This document shows positions 13,445 to 27,276 of a stretch of DNA of 64,000 bases, piece by piece (position 1 is the first letter of the stretch; every line of letters starts with the position of its first letter). Under the pieces are notes generated by a model. That model was not told the origin of the DNA, searched no databases, and saw only the letters and a list, made by a program, of their open reading frames with translations. A program made the position numbers and the translations under genes. The DNA comes from Lytechinus pictus (taxonomy: Eukaryota), in contig NC_087245.1 of assembly GCF_037042905.1 (NCBI RefSeq), positions 40,178,001 to 40,242,000 of the forward strand, in the 5' to 3' direction.

Positions 13445-13666
13445 AAGTCCGGTGTTGGCCTTGGTGTTGGTGTTGAAATTTGGATTGCTTCCCCTCGCTC
13501 CAAAACTTATTCACAGTTTGTAAAACCGATCCAGATCATATTGTTGACATCTCAACTACTAGTGAGTGACCATCGGGACCATCTTCATATTATGTTTGGT
13601 GTTATAATCATGTAAAAATTGACCTAACACCAACACAAAAGGTCAACACTGAACTTGAAACCACCC
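13445..13666. mobile_element. small MITE interrupted by the 8.6-kb element (its first 10 bp lie at 4855-4864)
   Basis: Rejoined left end GGGGGATTTCAAGTCCGGTGTTGGCC pairs with right end GGTCAACACTGAACTTGAAACCACCC; ATT on both flanks. Confidence 0.75.
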
Positions 13667-13757
13667 ATTTTTAGATTGTTACTACAACTGGTATTCATAT
13701 TGTAAGTAATGAGTGGTTACCGTCTATTCCATGCCCTTCCCCCCATGTACTTACCAG

Positions 13758-13871
13758 CTGAATACATCGACACAGCCGCCCTCTACCCAGGAGAATCCCG
13801 GCGATGACTCAGCTGCCGAGCGCTCGGGAGTCAAGTTTGCCCCTGAGCCTAAATTCCATCATCTTACAGAG
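13758..13871 (+). CDS. scrib: scrib exon: PDZ1-PDZ2 linker (LNTSTQPP...KFAPEPKFHHLTE)
   Basis: ttaccag acceptor, gtcagt donor, 114 nt, phase 0/0, GC-richer than flanks. Confidence 0.8.
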
Positions 13872-13983
13872 GTCAGTTGGCCGTTGGATGCCAAGTCAGC
13901 ATTCTTCTACTTCTAATACCTGTCCTTTCTTCTTGTCTCTTCGGTGTTTTTGCCATTGTTGTTGTTGTTTTTTCCGTCTTCTG

Positions 13984-14144
13984 GGGCCTGTTTCATAATG
14001 GACTTGCAACTGTTGTAACTTTGCCATTATGGCAACTACCATGGCAACAGGACACAGCAGCCAATCAAAATCAAGGTTACCATGGTAGTTGCCATAATGG
14101 CAGAGTTACAACAGTTGTACAGTAACTTTTTATGAAATGGGCCC
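13984..14144. mobile_element. palindromic MITE, family C
   Basis: GGGCC..GGCCC ends, CTG TSD, near-complete hairpin; copy at 25947-26103. Confidence 0.85.
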
Positions 14145-15030
14145 CTGATCATTGTCTCGCTGTGCTTTTGTTGTGTCTCTCTGCACTGGTGATTCACTGC
14201 ACAATGTATAATACAGTTGATGTGGAAGAAAATACCTCTTATTTACTAGAACGTTGGGATTAACTGTCTATCTACTGACCTAAAAAAAAAGCATATAGGG
14301 TAGTATCAAATGTATAGATTGGTTATTGGGATTTGTTATTTTGCAAGACTGGTTTTTACCTTTATTTATGTAATATCTTCAAAACAACAGTATTTCATCA
14401 GACATCCCCAGCAGTTTGCATATTGAGAATCAAATGATGCCACTTAAATATAGAATTATTAAAAATATCAGAAAGAATAATAGACCTCACAAAATAAGGA
14501 AAGTTAAATAACCTAAAATTAAAGCTGTCTGACTGTATTTTACAAGTAACATTGATCATCACTGTGTCACCTTTTGAAATTCAGTCATAAATTGTGAACG
14601 TTTGTGCTGATAGAACACCAAGTTATGCTGTCATAAATGTTTAAAAAAAAGAAGAAATAGATGCTCTTTAACATCTCTGCTGCTTACATGTGTATGTGTA
14701 CTGCTTGTCCGTATTAGGAATAAAGTGTGATATGGTTATATGTCAAGTCGTGCATCTTTGATTGGTGTCAGTAAAAAAAATTGGTTCTTAATGTAATTGT
14801 GTAGTAATTATCTGTATGTTTAGTTTTTGTTTTGTTCCAGAAAAGTGAACTGTAACACATTCTGATCTCACTGACCAATACAATTTTGTATTTTCCTCTT
14901 CCATTTTCTATCTTTAATGTCTCTACATATTCTGTATATCTGTCCTTCAGATTCCATTGAGCTCTTTCATTCTATATCTCACTCACTTTTTCTGACTCAT
15001 ATGTAGACCTGTTTCCCCCTTGTCTCTCAG

Positions 15031-15256
<226 letters not shown>

Positions 15257-17769
15257 GTTTTGGTGTTCTCCAGTTATGTTCACAAGTTAGATTTGATATT
15301 TGTCATATCAATATCTTTGATTGTTGTAGATTTGCCAGTGTTTCATTCCTTTTATGCCATACAGATGTTTAATGGGGGAGGGCAAAAATAATTCATAAAT
15401 ATGATTCTCCTTTAATTATTTTGTATACTTAGGGTTGATTTTAATATTGAAATAGCCAAATACATTGTAGTTTATCCCTTGACATATACCTATAGAGTTA
15501 AATTCAGATTGATATGTGTACTAATATACCTTTCCTGGTACTAACTGACCATTTCATTTGATGACATTCATTGCCATTCACAAGCTGATTCATTTACCAC
15601 ATTCATTAATATTTCATCTTTAGATTTAACAATTTTATGGTTGCAATGCAAGAAGTAACTAAGGCAGCATTTTTTCGTATTACAAGTGTGCAAGACTTCA
15701 TAAAAAGAAGATTGCTTTAGCATGTGATTTTCAGGCTATGGTGGTCAAAAACTCTTCTTCTGTCTAGATACATTGGTGTATCCTGGGGGAGCCAGTTCAG
15801 TCCCCCGCCAAAATTTTGAAAACTTCATTTTTTTTGGCTGAAAATTTTCCACAAAATCCACAAATAGTGTGCACAAAATCCTTCAATTTCGCTTTAGAAA
15901 ATGCAAGTATGCCTCCTGACATCGCTGTCAATTTTATCTCCCCCCCAGAAAAAATGCTGCTTATGACCATATCAAACTTTGAATTGAAACATTACCGTAG
16001 TCCTATTTGTTTATACTAATTGGTTTTCATACAAGCAGTTGGTCTACTTTTCTGATAGTCTCATATCATATGATGAGCTAAATCCATGAACTGCTAATGC
16101 TGTATTCATGAAAAAGAAATGGGGGGGGGGGAGGTAAGAAAAGCAGCGAAAATGTGTTGTGTCTGTCATATCACAAGCCCGACCATGTTTTTCCAAGTAA
16201 CAATTCATAAATTTTCTCACATTCTTTATAACACATGACTAGTGTATTGTTAAAAGGAAAACACACACACACAAAACAATCATTGAGTTATGTGTATGCA
16301 TGTGATACGCGTGCACGTTGATTGCCTGTATTCTATTCTCATTTCATGTGTATGTAGTAAATTGTGCTCCCATGTTTTCTAAGCCATGGGAAGAACAGCA
16401 GGGGACTGTTTCAGCCATTCTCATGGACAAATTTCCTCTGAGCCAATCAGATGCAAGGGTTTTAGTAGCTTATAACAGATTGTATGTAAAAAATAAATTT
16501 CATGAAAAGCTCCCTAGTATTGCATATTGACAGAATCCCCTAGTCTTGATCGCATTCCTCGTGAGTGAATTAGAATTACTTTCATATGTCTATGATGTAA
16601 TTCACCCTACATAAATTATTCATCCTATAGGGTTAAAAAAAATTGTTCAAATATGTAATGTCTCAACAGTGAACCATTAGAAACTTTTTATCCAAGAGTA
16701 GATATCCTAATTGGCTTCATGACTCATACATGTACATGTATGTGGTGTTGCCAACATAATATCCATTATTGGCAAAGTTACTCTTAATTGTTTGTTTCAT
16801 GGACAGCGGCATGTTTTTATTTCTTCTTCTTTGCTCATCTATTCTTCACATACTGTTGCATGATTTTCGTACATCTGTATTTGAATATAGTTGGTTTCGC
16901 TAAAGCATGAAAGAACAAAAAGGCAGTGACTTTCCTGTTGAAGATGGACACATAAACATAGGAAATGAAATTGATGCATGTTTTTAGTAACAAATGGTGA
17001 CACTCATTTTTTTTTTCCTGTTCAAGATAAAACAGTATTAGTGCTCTTTGAACATATTCCTTTTTTTTTTTTTCATTTCCAGTACTTTCATATTCTTAAT
17101 GTGACAATGCTTGCCAATTGAAAACTGAAAATGATAAAGCTGTTGATTTATACTATATTATCCTTGACCTCATTCAATAACATACTGATCACTTTGTATA
17201 AGTTTGTTACCCCATGTTTTGATCAGCGATTTAAAATTTTGGAAGCCAAAATAAGAATCAGATCTCTAACAGCAAACCAGACCTGCCAACTTGTATGATT
17301 TAATTGCATTTCTTAAAAATTTTCAGAGAAAATATGACTGTACAACTTTTATCAATATCTACTCTGTTAAATGGCCATGCTTTCCCGACAACAACGCTGG
17401 GATCTTAAGTCAAACTAAAATCTCAATGAAATACCCCCCCCCCCTCCCTTGTCAACATTAAAAAAAAAAATGTAAGTTTTGATGCAATCTTGATCAAACC
17501 ATTGTCAACATCAAATGCAAATGGGAATTAAAGTGGGGTATTAGGTCAAACTTAAATCTTGGTGACCCCCCTCCCCTTGAGTGTGAGAGCATGGATAATA
17601 CATAACCTAAAAAAAAATTACATTTAGACTACTCATCTCATTGTTACACCACACATTTCAGTCATGGTTTACATTTTTTTTTTAATTCACAATATGGGCT
17701 GTGATGTCTAGAATATAAGAAGGATAAATCCTAATGATTGCATAACTATTTTGATTATCTCATCTGCAG

Positions 17770-17862
17770 AGAATAACCCTTCGGTTAGTGAAGGATAGCA
17801 ATGGTCTCGGCTTCAGCATCGCAGGGGGAAAAGGTTCACCTCCCTTCAAAGGAACTGACGAT
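17770..17862 (+). CDS. scrib: scrib exon: PDZ2 start (RITLRLVKDSNGLGFSIAGGKGSPPFKGTDD)
   Basis: ctgcag acceptor, gtaagt donor, 93 nt; GLGF loop. Confidence 0.95.
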
Positions 17863-18594
17863 GTAAGTATTGGACTTGTCTTTAAGATAATTCTATTATA
17901 CTTATCTAGCACTTTTGACCAATGTTTCAAAGCGCTGTTTATACGAGAGGCGAAACATGTTTATAATTATGACATCATTTAAACTTGCTTAGAATTTATG
18001 CTCCCTTCATGCATTCCCAGAAGCTGTCTCTACGGAGAATTGCCTATCGTAAACACACCTTTTATGTTTGCGATTGGCATTTAATATTGGTGTCAGGATT
18101 AGAATGAGAAAGGACGTTGCAACCTAGTTTTGAACTAAGCATTAAGATAAGCCCGACAATGATTTTAACCTGAAAATGAGAAGCATATACACACTTAGAG
18201 ACTCTTCAGATCGAAAAAATTTGTGAATCCCAGACTGGTCCTACATGTATATCATTCCTCTACAATCAAGTCGACAACCATATTGACGGTAGAAAATATT
18301 GAAGTTATTTCAAAATTCAGAGGCCTTAATTGACAGCAGATTTGTATTCAATTTGTTTATTGTGCTCTATCAAGCACTCATGCTAAACAGATTAAGTGTC
18401 AGAGATGATTGTAAGCAGGATTTTTAACTATCTACCCTGCCTAAATCTGCAACATGGGATATGTTTTAACATTGAAGTGAGTTTGGATTTTCAGGGCTCT
18501 TTTTAATAGCACTTTCGGGTGAAATTACCCAGAGTCCATGTGTATTTATCAAACTGATTTTAAGTTTCCCTCTATTGCTGTTTTTTCTCTTCAG

Positions 18595-18675
18595 TCGATA
18601 TTCATCTCCAGGATATCAGAAGGTGGTGCTGCCGACAGGACGGGTGCCTTGCAAGTTGGTGACAAGGTCTTAAAG
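18595..18675 (+). CDS. scrib: scrib exon: PDZ2 middle (SIFISRISEGGAADRTGALQVGDKVLK)
   Basis: cttcag acceptor, gtaata donor, 81 nt. Confidence 0.95.
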
Positions 18676-19219
18676 GTAATACTCAACTTCTTTATTGAAA
18701 TCTTTAATTCTTTCTTGTTGGATTCTCTCCCTATGGCCAAAGAAATGTACACTCTGTTATATGTTATTGTTTTGTGGTGTACTTTGAATTCAAGTCACTG
18801 CATGTTAATGTAGGATATTTTGAATAGATGGTTATGAAGATAGTGATGATGAGAGTGGTGGTGGTGAAGATGATGATGATGATGACGATAATGATATTGA
18901 TAGTGATGAGAATAAACGAATCGATGAGGGCACTGACAATGAGGACATTTCTGAAGATGATGTTGATGATGATTATGTTAATGATAACCCATTCTTTCAA
19001 ATTGAATTTGATGTCTCAAGAACAAATCCAAGGCTTTGTCAAAACCATCTTCAAACAGATGTATTAGTAATCAAACTCTTAATCAAGTTTTTAAAACTAT
19101 TTCTTATTATTGATTAATGACCAATTTCAATATCTTTTTATGCTTGATTGGTGATTTTCACAACCTACTCCTCCATACTGAATTTATTCTAAGAATTTTT
19201 AAAATGTTTTTATTGACAG

Positions 19220-19346
19220 ATAAACAATTTTGAAATGGTAGAGGCAAGACACGAGATGGCCGTAGCGCTGTTAACAAAGAGCAAAGAGATTGATCTGGTT
19301 GTTCTAAGGGAAACCATGGAGATTGAACACCATGAACCATTAGTCA
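19220..19346 (+). CDS. scrib: scrib exon: PDZ2 end (INNFEMVEARHEMAVALLTKSKEIDLVVLRE...)
   Basis: tgacag acceptor, gtaagt donor at 19347, 127 nt; phase 1 exit matches the next exon. Confidence 0.92.
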
Positions 19347-20032
19347 GTAAGTCAATGGTATCTTGATTTAGCTTCACTTTTCATTTGTGAAACCGACTCC
19401 AGGGGTGTCATGCTTAAAGAGTTACTCCAGGCTGAAAATGATATTGTTTGAACAGATAAAGTAAAATCAGGCAATAAAACTCTGAAAATTTCATCAAAAT
19501 CTGACAAGGAATGGCAAAGTCATGACATATTAAAAAGTTTTTCATTACTTTTATGAAAAAGTTCTATGCATGTCTTCGTGAATATGCTATGAGCAATCTG
19601 ATCATGTCATATCCCCACTTATTCTTTTCTAAATTATTTTATGAAATTATATTTATTCCTGAATTTTATCATGAATTTAAAAAAATTTGGATTGACAACT
19701 GATTTAATGCATAAGATATTGATGTCAAAAATCCTGTAGAATTTTTTTTTTCCAAATAGATACCCAGTGCATGAAATTTATTGTGGAAATGAACCATGTT
19801 TCACCCTTGTTCTTTATTTTTTGTTTCGCTTTTAATCGTCAGATGTCACGTAATTGTTAGATGGTGATATTACTAGTAATTAGCAGATCATAAGATGTGG
19901 GGAGAAAAATATTCCCCATGGGCAATATAATTCTATTCCCACATTTGTAGAATGGTACAATGACATCTATTATTACCAATTTGACCAAACAGTCCCAACA
20001 CTTTCTGACTTCTTTTTCCTATCTCTTCCTAG

Positions 20033-20214
20033 AACACGATCCTCCAGAATTCAGATACCGCATGAACGGTCCCAACGGACCTGCAGAGGAGCTTGAGACG
20101 GAGGAGGTCTTACTCAAGAGGACGCGGGGCCCTCTCGGTCTTAGTATCGTCGGTGGTATAGATCACTCAAGTCATCCGTTTGGAGGCGACGAGCCGGGCA
20201 TCTTCATCTCAAAG
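20033..20214 (+). CDS. scrib: scrib exon: linker and PDZ3 start (GPLGLSIVGGIDHSSHPFGGDEPGIFISK)
   Basis: tcctag acceptor, gtgaga donor, 182 nt, phase 1/0. Confidence 0.95.
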
Positions 20215-20570
20215 GTGAGATGGAATTTTGACTTCAAAAGAATTATCGTAGAGTTCATTTTCATGGAGCTGGATTTCAGTCACAGTGCCCAAAATTCTGT
20301 GGCAAATTTGCTCTGAGCCAGCAAGATAGCATGATTTTATTTGCTTTGTACAAGAGCTTGTAAATTGTTGTTGATAACCATTTTTAAATTTTCAGTGGAG
20401 TTGATATCACAAATCTGTCCAGGAAGGGAATTCCAGAGTGAAGGCCCAGCATGAACAAAACCTCTTTCGCCCATTTAGAGTAGTGCTGAGTTTGGGAGCG
20501 TAAAGATCTAGATGGGGTTTATCTGTCAATTAGAAAAATATTGTAATGTGTATCCCGTATCGCTGTACAG

Positions 20571-20747
20571 ATTGTCCCGAATGGTTCGGCGGCCAGTACC
20601 AATCTGAGGGTAGGTGATCGTCTTCTCATGGTGAACGGCAAGGAGATGAAGGACGCTACACATCAGTTTGCTGTCAACACGCTCCTCTCAAACTCACAAC
20701 ACATTCACTTAATGGTCAGGCATGATCCGCCACCTAAGGGACTCATA
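20571..20747 (+). CDS. scrib: scrib exon: PDZ3 end (IVPNGSAASTNLRVGDRLLMVNG...VRHDPPPKGLI)
   Basis: gtacag acceptor, gtaagt donor, 177 nt. Confidence 0.95.
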
Positions 20748-21089
20748 GTAAGTACTTGGAGTCTTTTCAATAGTGATGATAAAATAATAATAATAATAAT
20801 TGGACTTATATAGCTCTTTCTCCAGAGGATACAAAGCGCTGTTCATGGCATAAGACAAGTTAAGGTTTATGGTTATAGAAGTGTGTTTTGAGATGTTTTT
20901 TGAAGAGGTCAAGAGAAGAGAGGTTTCGGAGAGATGGAGGGAGTTTGTTCCAAAGACGGGGGGCAAGAGATTGAAAAGAGTTGAAACCGGCCTGTTTTCT
21001 GGATTTTGGAATGACATAGGAAGGAGCAGCTGCAGAACGAAGAGAGTATGTAGATCTTTGTTGCTGAAATAATGAAATATGGTGTTAGC

Positions 21090-21520
21090 AGTGATAGCAG
21101 TAGTAGTGATAGTGATGATGATGATGATCATGGTGATGATGCTAATGATGATGATGAAGAAAAATATGATTATCACAATGATGAAGTGAAGGAGAAGTTG
21201 GGAAAAGAGTAAAACATAAGTGTAAGGAGGAGGGCAAAAGCAAGTGGAAAAGGAAAAAAGAAAGGGAAAAGAAGACGAAGAAAAGGGAAAAGAAAAGGGA
21301 GAGGGGAGTGAAGAGGAGAAGTAAAAATTATGAGGAAGAGGGGGAAAAGAGGAAAAAGATAGAAAAGAAGAACAACAGCAAGAAAAATAGAAGGAGGAAG
21401 GGAGGGAGGGGGAAGACATGTATGAATAATTAGATACAGTGATGAAATTATGTGTGACAAAAATGATAGTAATTAATGGTAATGAGGAGGAGAAAGAAGG
21501 AGAGGAGAGGGAGGATCAGT
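21090..21520. repeat. (GAT)n followed by purine-rich low-complexity tract
   Basis: Directly visible. Confidence 0.85.
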
Positions 21521-21732
21521 TTAAGACAATGAGAAGTACTATCACTTCTAGGCAATATATTATGTAAATATGTACAGTATATTCTCTCTTTTAGCATCAC
21601 TTGAGTGTGGAGTGGTGGTAGTACTTTTCACCTTTAACACTGGTAAAAATTTACCCTTGGTAAATACTCTTGATGGTTGGCTGATATTGGCAAAATGTTC
21701 CAACGTTGAGTCGTCTTATCTTTCTCTCTCAG

Positions 21733-21849
21733 GAAATCAAAGTTCCCAAGGCTCCCGGCGAAAAGTTAGGTATCAGCATTAGGGGAGGGAACAAGGGTCA
21801 TCCAGGCAACCCCCTCGATCGAAATGATGAGGGAATTTTCATCTCAAAG
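21733..21849 (+). CDS. scrib: scrib exon: PDZ4 start (EIKVPKAPGEKLGISIRGGNKGHPGNPLDRNDEGIFISK)
   Basis: tctcag acceptor, gtaagg donor, 117 nt. Confidence 0.95.
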
Positions 21850-21904
21850 GTAAGGTTCTGCCTGTAATCCTAGTACGATGATAGTTTCTTGTTGGTGTTT
21901 TTTA

Positions 21905-22450
<546 letters not shown>

Positions 22451-22837
22451 TAATAATGTTCTTGATGACAATTACCCTGGGGACTAGCAATAGCTTATTT
22501 CATAATGACAGTGACAGTTATATTGCACATCTCTCTTTTATAATTAGTATTATTATGATCTCTTTTATTATTAAAAAAAAAAGCTGTTAATCTATGTTTG
22601 TACAACTTGTTTATCTGTTAACTCTCTGCTATGCTGTCACACGAATATTATGTATTGAATTTTGTATTTTTTCTCTCAGAAATAGATGAATGTAAAATGG
22701 AATTTGAAGGTGATGATGAGAATTTTCATTAGCATCATCATTATTACTTTGTTCACCATTACATTTATCAGTTAATTTTCATAAAAAGCCACAATTCCAT
22801 CAAATTTTGTGCTCATTTTCATGTCTTTATTTCACAG

Positions 22838-22900
22838 GTCAACGAAGTTGGTGCTGCAGCTCGTGACGGGAGGTTAAGAGTGGGACAGAGGATATTGGAG
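22838..22900 (+). CDS. scrib: scrib exon: PDZ4 middle (VNEVGAAARDGRLRVGQRILE)
   Basis: tcacag acceptor, gtaagg donor, 63 nt. Confidence 0.95.
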
Positions 22901-25077
22901 GTAAGGAGAAAACATGGGAGCATTTCATGAAAAAAAATTGTCACTTAATTTTACTGACCGATGTTATAAGCTACTGAAAATCCTTGCATCTGATTGGCTG
23001 CAAGTAAATTATTCAGTGAAAGTCACTGACAGGGGTGTTCCCTTCCTCTCATATTCCCCACAATCTCAATTTGGCAGTACGTGTATGAAACAAAGTTTTA
23101 TACACAGATCAAACTCATAGCCAAACCCTTTTAATTTTCGATTTTGATTTTTAGAAAAAATGCCATTGTATTTTGTTTTTGTATGAAATGTATGTTTCAG
23201 AATTTTTTTTGTATATTATATATCAAATATATATATTTTTTGGTGTGCATTTTTACCCATGGAGTTGAACCAATTTTACGATTGTTTTTTGCTGGGTATA
23301 TTAAAAAAAAGGGGGCGGGTAGGGGCAATTTTCTTATTTTAATGTGATTTGAATGACTAGCATCAATTTGTGGTTGGTTTGTTTGTTTGATTTTTTTTTA
23401 CAATGAAGTTGATATTTTTTAATGAATACTCAGATATCTAATTAATATTGATATGATTATTTACAGATTAATGATCGTTTGGTTTCAAATAGTAAATGTT
23501 CTTTAGATATAGTTACTTCATTATCATTACATCAAGCACTTGTCAATCTTGTATTGTACGAAATCTAGCATAGCATTACCAAAACCCATCGGTCAGGAAA
23601 TGACCTTTGACCTTTCCGAAATCTCCATATCCATATATCATCATTCAAGGTCATTGATATTCCACAACCCTACCTCATTCTCTTGGGGAGACATCTAGTG
23701 ACCTTTGACATATAAACGTTTCCATACCCATAGTCATTTGAAAGTGACCTTTGACCTTCGAAAATCCACCATGCTCATAATCGTCACTCGACCTTTGACC
23801 TTCAATATTCCCCGTGTTCATAGACCATCATCCAAAGGTCATTGAGATTCCCATGACCCCCACCTCATCGCCATGACGATGCATTTCAGTCCAACCATGT
23901 CAGTAGATTTAGTGAATGGGCATCTTGGATCTGTGCTTGTTGCACTTGATGCTTCTATGGGAGGAACGTTGAATTTAATTTTCAAACCGCTCCTTGGGTT
24001 TTTATGCTTCAACTTAGTTTTTTATTTCAGAGTGTATTGCTTGATTAGAACTGGCTGGAATATTTTGCTTTCAAAATTTGAATTGCTTTTAAGGAGAGGA
24101 ACTAGAATTTATTCAATGCAGGTCGAGCATGACAGGGTAGACATTCTATGGCTTCTTGCATGCTAAATACTATTTTCTCACTCATATTTTTATTGACTCT
24201 CTCCCCCTTTTAATGTGATATTTTCAAGTGGTTTGTGTTGACTAAGTCCATTTCACTTTTAAATTTTTTGGCATTTTCATGTTTTGACAAGAATATTATA
24301 GTATGCTTCAGAACCCCTGATTACATGATCTGTTAAAGATTTTGGCAGATATAAGATACATGTATGCGTTACCTCTCCTTTGTCAACACAAACCAAATGG
24401 ACATTATCTACCATAACTTTGATTGTGTTTCTTCATCTATTCATTTTTGTTTATCAATCTTAATTTTTGTTTTCTTTCTTTTTTTATTTCTCTTCGTTAT
24501 TTGTTTTGCTGTACCTGTATAATCTTTCCCATTTCTTCTGGTCTTTTTCTGAATATCCCTGTATCCTTATGTTTCCATTTTCATTTCATATTTCAAATGT
24601 TTCCATGTTTATTCTAATACATCCACTTATTCCTTCCTTTTACTTCTCTCAACTCCTCCCTATTAATACCCGTCTAATTCTTACATCACACGCTATCACG
24701 AACCCTTGATTATATCCCTTAATGAAACCGACCTCCATTCGATTCTTCTTTGTCTATCTTAACAAAAATGTCTTGCTCCTTCATTATTACCTATTTCTGC
24801 ATTCTAATAATTTCATGTACAAAACCCTAATTGCCTTCAATTTCTTTGCTTGAATCTTTTTCCTTTCAATATTCTGTCTTGCCTACTCTGGTTCTTTTGG
24901 CCTGACTCAACCCCACATCTCTAAATATCTTCTACCCCCTTCCGTTACTGTCCTTTTGATATTTTTGTCTTATCCTGTACTTCAAATCTACTCCTTCCAA
25001 CATCCATTAATCTGTTTTTGTTTTCCCCTCCACTGCCATCTTTACCCTTCTTTATTTTTCATTTATTCCTTTTTTGT

Positions 25078-25543
25078 CCACCACCCCAACACCACTAACA
25101 CCACCACTTCTACTACTACAACGAATGCAACCATTCCCTACTATTTCTACCTCATCTTCTCATCATCATCACATTATCAACCATCCACTTTATTACCACT
25201 ACCACCACCACCACAACGATCACAACCACTACCATACATTACTACCATCATCACTACCCCTACTACTCACTACCACCATAATCACTACTGACACGACACC
25301 ACTATCTCCATCATCACCACCACATTCACCACTGCTGCTAATTACTACTACCACCACCATCACCATGACCACCACCATCACCACTACCATCATCATTACC
25401 ACCACTGCCGCCACCATCACTACCACTAATTACTACTTCCACCATAACAACGACCACCACCACTATCATCACCACCACCATTACTACCACCACCACCACC
25501 ACCACCACTACCACCACCATCACCACTACCACCACCACCACCA
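25078..25543. repeat. degenerate (CAC/CAT/TAC)n tract abutting a splice acceptor
   Basis: Directly visible. Confidence 0.95.
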
Positions 25544-25544
25544 G

Positions 25545-25793
25545 GTGAACGGCCAGAGCATGTTGGGTTCCCGGCACCGAGAGGCTGTGATGGCCCTTCG
25601 GGGATGCGGAGACATGCTCGGCATCCTAGTATGTGATGGCTTTGATCCCAGTGAGGTAGCCTACTGGCAGTCCAGGCCAGGGTGCGCCGGCAACCCCCTA
25701 TCCCAGGTGGACCTCAGCAAGAGGAACAGCCAAGAGAGCATCTCCTCCATCGATAGGGACATGACCACCGAGGAGCTCAACAGGTTAAATCAG
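25545..25793 (+). CDS. scrib: scrib exon: PDZ4 end and SQESISSIDR motif (VNGQSMLGSRHREAVMALR...LNRLNQ)
   Basis: ccag acceptor directly after a (CAC)n tract, gtaaga donor, 249 nt; LVCDGFDP and ISSIDR are Scribble motifs. Confidence 0.93.
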
Positions 25794-25946
25794 GTAAGAA
25801 CTTCTCTCTCTCACTCTCTCTCTCTCTCTCTCTCGGCATGCTCTATTTGAAAGTTTGTAGAGGATGTCATTTGTTGAAAGCCAGAAGGGTGTTAATCATA
25901 CACTTTATGCATAGATAACCCCATTTTGACGCGAAAAGATAAGCTG

Positions 25947-26103
25947 GGGCCCGTTTCATAAAGGACTTGCAACTGTTGTAACTTTGCCATTATGGCAACT
26001 ACCATGGTAACCTTGATTTTGATTGGCTGCTGACCCCTGTTACCATGGTAGTTGCCATAATGGCAAAGTCACAACAGTTGCAACTCCTTCATTAAATGGG
26101 CCA
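25947..26103. mobile_element. palindromic MITE, family C, second copy
   Basis: CTG TSD, same TIR. Confidence 0.85.
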
Positions 26104-27219
26104 CTGGTGTTCTATGATCATTATGTCATGATTGCAAGAATTGTCAAAACTTCACTTTTTATTTGATTTGAATTGATAATTTGGTACAAAAGACAACCCC
26201 CCCCCCTGAAGGTAAGGTAGAGAGACCTTATGAATGATTACTTTTAGGTCCCAAAGCCCCTGTACCTATTAGCCCCCCCCCCCCCCTCCCTGATCATTGG
26301 GTGATAATCTTCCTTATTGGTTGAATTGTTCAAAAGTCTTTGGAGTAAATTCATATATGATGATGATGATGATAATAGTGATATTAATGATGATAATTAT
26401 ATGATTATATCCATTCATTGTGATGTGATCTTTAAGGAGTTGTGTGGGAATACTAACCATCCAAGTAAAGGCACAATCTTTTCTGTATTAAGTTGCACTG
26501 ATAACACTTATAACCATTTCTTCATCAAAATTTGATTAAAATTATTGTAATTCATCTATTTTTTCCCCTTTAGTTGATCTTAGGGAGATGTGAAATAAGT
26601 AATTGAAATTATAAAAAAAAGGAAATAGAAGAAAAAGTTCATGTAAAGTAGACAACATGAATTTAAGTGTATGATAATATAGAGAAGAATGAATTTATTA
26701 AACACTATTGGTTTTGGAAATGCTTAGTGTTCTGTTTTCTTTATCCATTTTAATGGGTTTTATTTACGTTTTATTTACGTATGGTCAGAATTTCATAGAT
26801 TTGATTCCTTGATTTTAAATGACACCCCTTTAATTTAATGCATAAAATATTTTGTATGATGTTTATAAAACCAAAAAATTAAGTAAATGTACGTTCATGT
26901 CCATGATAATTATAGATTTGAATAAGATAGTCTTTGTGCTGTTGTTTTTGTACGATTTATCCAAGTCATATATAAAATTCTGATCATTCTGGTCTGCTAG
27001 TACATTTCGAGGTAGTTTCTTTAATGAGATTGCACAGCAGTGCTTGTAGTGCTAAAATTGTAAAGTCCTATAGAGTAAAAACAAGTCAGAGCAATCCCAC
27101 CTCTTATTTTCCTTTTTTTTTCCTGGTATGTTTTCACCCTTTACTTTTTTCTTTTTTCCTCTCCACTCTCCACTGTCTGTGTGTGCGTGTTATCTCCTTA
27201 CTCCACCGTGGGCTTCTAG

Positions 27220-27276
27220 GAAGCTGAGTTTCAGTTAGAAGCCCAGGAATTTGAGGAAGAGGAATTAGCCAAACTG
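27220..27276 (+). CDS. scrib: scrib exon (EAEFQLEAQEFEEEELAKL), acidic helix
   Basis: ttctag acceptor after a pyrimidine tract, gtgagc donor, 57 nt, phase 0/0. Confidence 0.82.

Noticed and set aside
25074..25544. Poly-His/Thr N-terminal extension of ORF 25074..25850
   Set aside because: It is intronic microsatellite; there is no upstream AG to include it, and it would split PDZ4
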